Assembly (NCBI GenBank): GCA_015233115.1
Contig: JADFYJ010000008.1
Span: 40,506 to 104,505 of the forward strand
Direction of reading: 5' to 3'
Origin: Candidatus Omnitrophota bacterium
GTDB lineage: Bacteria; Omnitrophota; Gorgyraeia; Zapsychrales; Zapsychraceae
Length of the DNA: 64,000 nt
Shown here: piece by piece, positions 58,240 to 64,000 of the stretch
Layout: each line of letters opens with the position of its first letter
How positions within the stretch are numbered: position 1 is the first letter of the stretch
Made by a program: the position numbers and the translations under genes
Notes under the pieces: generated by a model
Told to the model about the DNA's origin: nothing
The model's database searches: none
What the model saw: the letters and a program-made list of their open reading frames with translations, nothing else

Positions 58240-58328
58240 ATTTTGGTAGCTGGCTACCCTGTACCAGACGGTACAGGGCCCTATAGTTTTGTGCCCTACC
58301 CTTACGAGTAGTTTACTTTTTACAAAAT
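58240..58328 (-). ncRNA. GEMM-I (c-di-GMP-I class) riboswitch, A20 variant
   Basis: Minus strand AUUUUG-UAAAAA-GUAAACUACUC-GUAA-GGGUAGGGC-ACAAAACUAUAGGGCC...GGUAGCCAGCUAC-CAAAAU matches the GEMM-I architecture. Confidence 0.85.
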
Positions 58329-58349
58329 TCCAAATTGTCGTTGATTATT

Positions 58350-58470
58350 TTATCTGGCTGTCCTGTACCAGACGGTACAGGATCCTGTAGCTTAGCCAGT
58401 GAACCGCGCTGGGTTCACCGCCCTGTACCCTACGTGGTACAGGGGTCCCCACCTTACGATGGGTTTGCCA
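58350..58470 (-). ncRNA. Second GEMM-I riboswitch-like copy (G20), interrupted by inserted hairpins
   Basis: GGCAAACCCAUC-GUAA-GGUGGGGAC [48-nt insert] GCUAAGCUACAGGAUC...GACAGCCAG. Confidence 0.7.
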
Positions 58471-58654
58471 ATTAGAGCTGGTGCTCTAATTAAAGTGTAG
58501 ACTATAAAAGGCGATAAAACAAGTGGAGGAGCGAAGAATATTATGATTTATTAAGTACGACTAAGAGCCTGTAGGGGCAACAGGTGAAACATGGTATTCT
58601 TTGATTATATTTCAAAAAAATTGAGCTAAGAACATTCTTTAAGGAGCCTTGACC

Positions 58655-61600
58655 ATGAAAATCAATAAACTTGGAATGGCCGTTTTCGCGATTTTAATTT
58701 GTATCCTTTCTTGCGCTTACGCGGATATTGTCCTTCATAATCCGGATCCATCGTCCGACGTTTTATCAATGGATGTCAACTCCCAATTTGGCACGGCTAT
58801 TAACGGATTTTCTGTTGTGGTCCCTCCCGGAATAAATAATATCCAGCCGCAAATTAATTTGGTTTATGTTTCCAACCAACAGCAGGGAATTATCGGGGTA
58901 GGTTGGTCGTTAGACTTAGGGTCGATCGAGCGGAGTTTAAAATTTGGGACCCCGGGATATTCCACAACGGATAATTATATTTTAACTCAGCAAGGAAGCC
59001 GGACAGATTTAGTTTTTGATAATCAAGCGCAGGGTTACCGCCCCAAGATCGAGGGGGCGTTTATTAAAATCAAGAAAGTCAATGATTCTTGGCAAGCCAC
59101 AGACCGCCAGGGGACCATATATTATTATGGAACAAATGCCAGTGCGCGTCTGTTTGATCCCAGTCAAACGGATCATATTTTTAAATGGTATCTCGAACAA
59201 GTTGTTGATGTTCACGGCAATTACCTGACCATTTCCTATAATAAGGATACAACGGGGAATCAAGTTTATCCGCTGACGATTGTTTACACAGGAAACAAAC
59301 TTTCACCAGCGGCATCTCCTCTACAGCCTTTTGCCAGTGTCGAGTTTCAAACACAAGCCCGCTCTATATCGCATCAGACTTATGCTCCGGGTTTTCTTAT
59401 TAAGACATTGCAGAGAATATCCAAGATCGTGGTTAAAGCCGGCGGAACTGAGCAGAGAGAATACCGTTTAACGTATACGCCCAGCCAAGGAACAACCAGG
59501 GATTTACTGACATCCATTCAAGAGTTTGACGCCAGCGGGACTAACGGTAAACCTGCAGTCAGTTTTACATATTATGACAATAGCAAAGGATTTGCTCTCA
59601 ATTCACAAGCTGTTATCCCGGCAGACGCGCGTTTTTCTAATCAGGCAGGGGGTGTCTCTCCGTATCAAGATTTAGGTGTCCGTATTTTTGATGTTAACGG
59701 TGATGGTTATCCGGATCTGATCCGTGATTATGTCGCCGTCAGTACATCGAATGTTTTAACTCACACCAAAGAAGCCTTTATCAATAACAAAAATAATACC
59801 TGGACTTTGAATACGGCTTATAACCTCCCTGGGACTTGCGTTAATGACTCTAGCTCTTGCGCGACCTTTGTCAAAGAAGTCAACACTTTAAGCCATGGGA
59901 AAATGTATGTTGATTTTGGTTTATTGGTCGCGGATTTAGACAGCGATGGATATAGCGATATTGTGGAAAAACAAAAATTTTCGATTATAAAGACCCAGCC
60001 GAATAATAATTATGCGAATATAGGACAAATAGTTTATGGATACAAAAATTCACCGGCAGGCTGGAGTCAATCCACCCAATGGGGTTTGCCGTCAGATTTG
60101 GGATTGATGTTATGGGCAACGGTGGTGGATGGGGCTACGGACTCTTATCGGATGGACAAATTAGGCAATATCGCCGCGGATGTCAACAATGACGGATTTA
60201 TTGATTTCGTCACCTCCCACAAAATTGATAACACTAATACTTCCAATGTTGTCATCAATGTCCTTCCCTGGAAAAATGTATTTCTTAATTTAAGCGGCCA
60301 TCCGAACGGCACGTGGTCGCGGCCGGACAATGATTATACGGATTTCTCAAAAGGCGCGATATTGGTTGATTTAAACGGGGATGGCTTGCCGGATATTTTT
60401 TATAATGACGGGACAACCGTTAAAGTGTTTATGAACACGGGGTATGGGTGGGCAGAAGACACTCAGTCGCCTTGGTTGAATACTCAAGGCATCGGTAATT
60501 TAAACGATAATTCAACACAGCTGGCAGATATCAATGGGGACGGCTTGCCGGATATGATCGTCGCCAAAGGTGATATAAACAGCGGGTCGCGCGTCCTTAT
60601 CAATACCGGCGCGGGTTGGGTGAGGGATGATCAATGGATATTGCCCAACGGCAATTTTGTGAATCTTGGTACGCGATTGCTCGACGCTAATGCTGATACC
60701 ATGATGGATTTTATGATCAATTACAATGGCAATACGTCCGCGCTATACCTCAATCAGGGCAAACCGGCTGACTTGTTAGCGTCCATTAATAATAACTGCG
60801 GCGGAGTGACAACTTATGTTTATGGGTCATCCGCAGAGTTCACTCAAACATTTATGCCCTTCGCGATCCCGGTCATTAAATCAATGACCCGGTCAAACAG
60901 CCTCGGGGATACTTATACGACCCAATATAAATATGAAAATGGATTGTGGAATCCCGCGAATAATCAGACCGTGTCGGATAAAACCAACCAGTTCAGCGAT
61001 GCCCGGGAGTTCCGGGGATTTGGCAAAGTGACGGTGACGGATACTGAAGGGAACCGGCTGGAGCAGGAATTTAATCAGGATTATTTTTTAAATGGCCGGA
61101 TCAAAACCGCGCGAAAATTTTCCACCGCCGGACAATTAACCGAAACAACGTATAAATGGAACCTGTCTACTCTAAACGCGGATGACGGAATCAATTTTGT
61201 CTATCTGAATGAACAGACTGAATGCTCGTTTAATTCCAGCCAAGTGAAAAAATGTTCCAAAGTGCGGTTCACTTATAATGAAGCTGAAAAGTTAGGAAAT
61301 CTAACGCACATTTCATATTTGGGCGAAGTTGACGCTCAAGGTAATTCTATCGGAAATAATCATTTTGATGTTTATGTAGATTATGTGAACAATACAACCA
61401 ATAACATGCTTGGTTTTCCTTCCGTGATTTCTGTCAGAGACTATAGCGGCGTACTCTTTCGTAAGACCATGTTAAGTTACGACGGGCAAGCCAACGGGAT
61501 CGCGCCCACGAACGGTTTCTTGTCTAAAGTTGAGCAATGGGCCGGAGATCAGCAAGGCACGGTTAATCCTGTAACAACCTATACTTACGATGCTTTCGGA

Positions 61601-64000
61601 AATCTTTTAACAGCCACAGACCCGCTCGGTAAAACCACGACCGTGACCTATGATTCAACCTTCAACCTTTTTCCTTTATCAACGAAAAATCCTTTAAATC
61701 AGGTCGTGTCTCAGGAATATTACGGCATTAATAATGTCCCGTTAGACGGCGGCAACGGATTTAAAGGGCTTTGGGGCCAGATTAAAAGCTCGACGGACGC
61801 GAATAACCAGAAAATTCAAAACACTTATGATGTCTTTGGCCGGTTGACAGCCACAGTGTCGCCGTTAGATTCTATTTCTTATCCTACAACATCTTATCAA
61901 TATTTATTTATGCCTAATTACCGGAAAACTACGATGAGCCAGCGGATCACAAGCGGCCAGCCCGGAACCTTAGACAGTTTTGAATTTTCCGACGGATTAG
62001 GCCGGGTGATTCAAACCAAAAGTCCGTCCGCGCAAGCCGGACAATTTATTGTGAACGGTCAAACCACATATAATTCCCGCGGATTACCTGAACAAAAATA
62101 TTTACCGTTCTTCTCAACCAATCCTGTTGACACAATTGAGGCTGTCAATTCCGGACGGGCGCACAGTGTGATCATTTATGATGCTCTGGGGCGGGTTATC
62201 AAAAGTGTCAACCCAGACCAGACATATTCAAGTGTAGAATATGATAATTGGACGATCAGAAACATTGATGAAAACGGGCATAAACAAGAAGCGGATTTTG
62301 ACGCTTTTGGCCGGTTAAGTCAAAAACGCGAGTATAAAGGCGCGGATGGACGTTTCGCTTCCGTGTATCCTAGTGCGGCCTATTCACTTTACGCGACGAC
62401 CCAGTATTTGTATGATTCCGAAGGCAACCCGGTTAAAATAACAGACACAGAAGGGAATATCACGACGATCGCGTATGATAATCTGGGGCGGAAAACCTCC
62501 ATGACTGACCCGGATATGGGGTTGTGGAAATATAATTATGATCTTAACGGCAACTTGATAACACAAACCGATGCCAAAAATCATGTGATTAATTTTCAAT
62601 ATGATGATATCAACCGTTTAAAATCAAAATCAGACGGGCAGGATATTAACAATACGTATACGTATGATGATCAACTTAACGCCGTCGGACGCCTTACCAA
62701 CATAACCTTTAACGGCGGAGCAAGACAATTCCAATATGATGCCTTAGGCCGGATCAATCAATCGCTTAAGACCATTGGCGGGTCAGTTTATCACGTAAAA
62801 TATGACTACAACAGCCTTAACAATATCAACAGCATCGAATACCCCGATTATAATAAGGTCTTTTATAAATACAACAGCGCAGGTCAGCCGCAGGGGGCAG
62901 CCAGCGATCCGACTTTGCTGGGGCCGCAGTCGTTTAATTATGTCCCTTCCCAAACGATGTGGAGCAAAATAAAATCCGGATTGCGCGATATCGGCAAAGA
63001 AATTGTTTCTGTCTTTTTAGTGACCGATGCGTACGCGGACACGACCATGGATTACACCACTTTCTCTAAACAGGATCCTGGAAGTAAAATTACGGTTTCG
63101 AGTTCGTGTCTGTCTTTCTCTAATATTGAAACCCGGTCAGCCAACTCCTATGTTTATAAAGCTTCTCCGACTTCAGGGGACTTTAAATATGAATTTGATA
63201 CTATTCTTACTACATCCGACTCATGGGCCGGAGACTTTGCGGTTTGGGGTATTACTAATAATTCAAATACCGCGTTTAACACTTGGACCAGTGGGATATA
63301 TTTGGCTTGGAACAAATTCGGTCTCAGTCCGTCTTTGAAGCTGATAACTCTGAGTCCTGCCGCTACGTCGAATTCCATATCTCTTTCCATGAATACACGT
63401 TATTACATGCGGATTAGTCGAGCAGTCAGTAAAGTAACCTTGGATATCTATAGTGATTCCGCGCGAACAACAAAAATAACTACTGTGACCAATCCTTTCG
63501 GCTCAGGAAATTTTAGTTACATATATGGATTAAGTACGCAGAATACCACAGCCACAGGATATAAAGCCACAGGCGATGTTTGCCGGCTCGTTTCAGGCCT
63601 CCCGGCAGACACGCAAGCGCCGGCGGCTCCTTCAACAGTCACGTTAGGAAGTCCAACATCCGGCTCGCTAACTTTAAGCTGGTCAGGCGCGACAGATAAT
63701 GTCGCTGTGACCGGTTATAAAATCGATATTTCGACGAGCAACGTATTTACGACCATGCTGACCGGATATAATAATTTAGATGTGGGAAATGTTTCAACTA
63801 AATCAATAACAGGCTTGACTTCAGGCACAACTTATTACGCCCGAGTACGGGCATATGACGCGGCTGGCAATGTTTCAGCAAATAGCTCATCCGCGACCGG
63901 AACCACATCTGCCGCGGGAGATACGCAAGCGCCGACTGCACCTACAACGATCTCGTTAAGTACTCCGACGCTTAACTCATTGACTTTAACCTGGTCAGGG
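58655..64000 (+). CDS. Giant SpvB/TcB-like, FG-GAP, YD(RHS)-repeat and FN3 protein (3'-truncated, >1780 aa)
   Basis: AAGGAG RBS and signal peptide; PPG..P...L.Y.S, G.GWSL, WYLEQV.D.HGN motifs; six D.N.DG..D-type motifs; REFRGFG; YD..G repeats; DTQAP..P..W..ATDNV.VTGY FN3. Same frame at 58655, 62900 and 64000; absent from the ORF track, consistent with no stop codon. Confidence 0.9.
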   Translation, partial: MKINKLGMAVFAILICILSCAYADIVLHNPDPSSDVLSMDVNSQFGTAINGFSVVVPPGINNIQPQINLVYVSNQQQGIIGVGWSLDLGSIERSLKFGTPGYSTTDNYILTQQGSRTDLVFDNQAQGYRPKIEGAFIKIKKVNDSWQATDRQGTIYYYGTNASARLFDPSQTDHIFKWYLEQVVDVHGNYLTISYNKDTTGNQVYPLTIVYTGNKLSPAASPLQPFASVEFQTQARSISHQTYAPGFLIKTLQRISKIVVKAGGTEQREYRLTYTPSQGTTRDLLTSIQEFDASGTNGKPAVSFTYYDNSKGFALNSQAVIPADARFSNQAGGVSPYQDLGVRIFDVNGDGYPDLIRDYVAVSTSNVLTHTKEAFINNKNNTWTLNTAYNLPGTCVNDSSSCATFVKEVNTLSHGKMYVDFGLLVADLDSDGYSDIVEKQKFSIIKTQPNNNYANIGQIVYGYKNSPAGWSQSTQWGLPSDLGLMLWATVVDGATDSYRMDKLGNIAADVNNDGFIDFVTSHKIDNTNTSNVVINVLPWKNVFLNLSGHPNGTWSRPDNDYTDFSKGAILVDLNGDGLPDIFYNDGTTVKVFMNTGYGWAEDTQSPWLNTQGIGNLNDNSTQLADINGDGLPDMIVAKGDINSGSRVLINTGAGWVRDDQWILPNGNFVNLGTRLLDANADTMMDFMINYNGNTSALYLNQGKPADLLASINNNCGGVTTYVYGSSAEFTQTFMPFAIPVIKSMTRSNSLGDTYTTQYKYENGLWNPANNQTVSDKTNQFSDAREFRGFGKVTVTDTEGNRLEQEFNQDYFLNGRIKTARKFSTAGQLTETTYKWNLSTLNADDGINFVYLNEQTECSFNSSQVKKCSKVRFTYNEAEKLGNLTHISYLGEVDAQGNSIGNNHFDVYVDYVNNTTNNMLGFPSVISVRDYSGVLFRKTMLSYDGQANGIAPTNGFLSKVEQWAGDQQGTVNPVTTYTYDAFGNLLTATDPLGKTTTVTYDSTFNLFPLSTKNPLNQVVSQEYYGINNVPLDGGNGFKGLWGQIKSSTDANNQKIQNTYDVFGRLTATVSPLDSISYPTTSYQYLFMPNYRKTTMSQRITSGQPGTLDSFEFSDGLGRVIQTKSPSAQAGQFIVNGQTTYNSRGLPEQKYLPFFSTNPVDTIEAVNSGRAHSVIIYDALGRVIKSVNPDQTYSSVEYDNWTIRNIDENGHKQEADFDAFGRLSQKREYKGADGRFASVYPSAAYSLYATTQYLYDSEGNPVKITDTEGNITTIAYDNLGRKTSMTDPDMGLWKYNYDLNGNLITQTDAKNHVINFQYDDINRLKSKSDGQDINNTYTYDDQLNAVGRLTNITFNGGARQFQYDALGRINQSLKTIGGSVYHVKYDYNSLNNINSIEYPDYNKVFYKYNSAGQPQGAASDPTLLGPQSFNYVPSQTMWSKIKSGLRDIGKEIVSVFLVTDAYADTTMDYTTFSKQDPGSKITVSSSCLSFSNIETRSANSYVYKASPTSGDFKYEFDTILTTSDSWAGDFAVWGITNNSNTAFNTWTSGIYLAWNKFGLSPSLKLITLSPAATSNSISLSMNTRYYMRISRAVSKVTLDIYSDSARTTKITTVTNPFGSGNFSYIYGLSTQNTTATGYKATGDVCRLVSGLPADTQAPAAPSTVTLGSPTSGSLTLSWSGATDNVAVTGYKIDISTSNVFTTMLTGYNNLDVGNVSTKSITGLTSGTTYYARVRAYDAAGNVSANSSSATGTTSAAGDTQAPTAPTTISLSTPTLNSLTLTWSG

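Noticed and set aside
58500-58650. tRNA or other structured RNA upstream of the giant gene
   Set aside because: No cloverleaf, T-loop or recognisable motif was found.
59009-63390. Small ORFs listed between 59 and 63.4 kb
   Set aside because: All lie within the long + frame starting at 58655, which has coherent domain motifs.

Overview
Bacterial chromosomal window of moderate GC (about 40-45% by eye). Gene content and style suggest a diderm PVC-type organism such as Ca. Omnitrophota; this is inference only. In order it carries: Moco genes (moaA, moaC, MOSC, mog), two PilT paralogs, a porin, a BrnT/BrnA toxin-antitoxin pair, a Ski2-like helicase, PilZ proteins, an ABC-F ATPase, cmoA/cmoB, a degenerate TtcA, a protease-FHA pair, paaI-paaK-ACT-paaK-ACT, a Cys-rich pilin and a secretin, amidase-murI-queD-queC-exbB-exbD-queE-queF-rph-rdgB, an AsmA-like/outer-membrane pair, a glycosylation cluster, DUF3015/DUF4105, an S8 protease behind tandem GEMM-I riboswitches, and a >1780-aa SpvB/TcB-YD-FN3 protein that runs off the window (missing from the ORF track). 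The most unusual signals are four. (1) At least six families of small palindromic elements, several sitting in frame inside genes (murI, MOSC, TtcA-like, two membrane proteins) or inside riboswitches. (2) Inverted 7-8-mer tandem-repeat arms enclosing AT-rich spacers, with fixed polarity relative to transcription. (3) A GEMM-I riboswitch with the A20 (cGAMP-type) signature next to an insertion-disrupted G20 copy. (4) An internal signal-peptide-like segment in the giant TcB/YD protein. No rRNA, tRNA, CRISPR array or transposase was seen.
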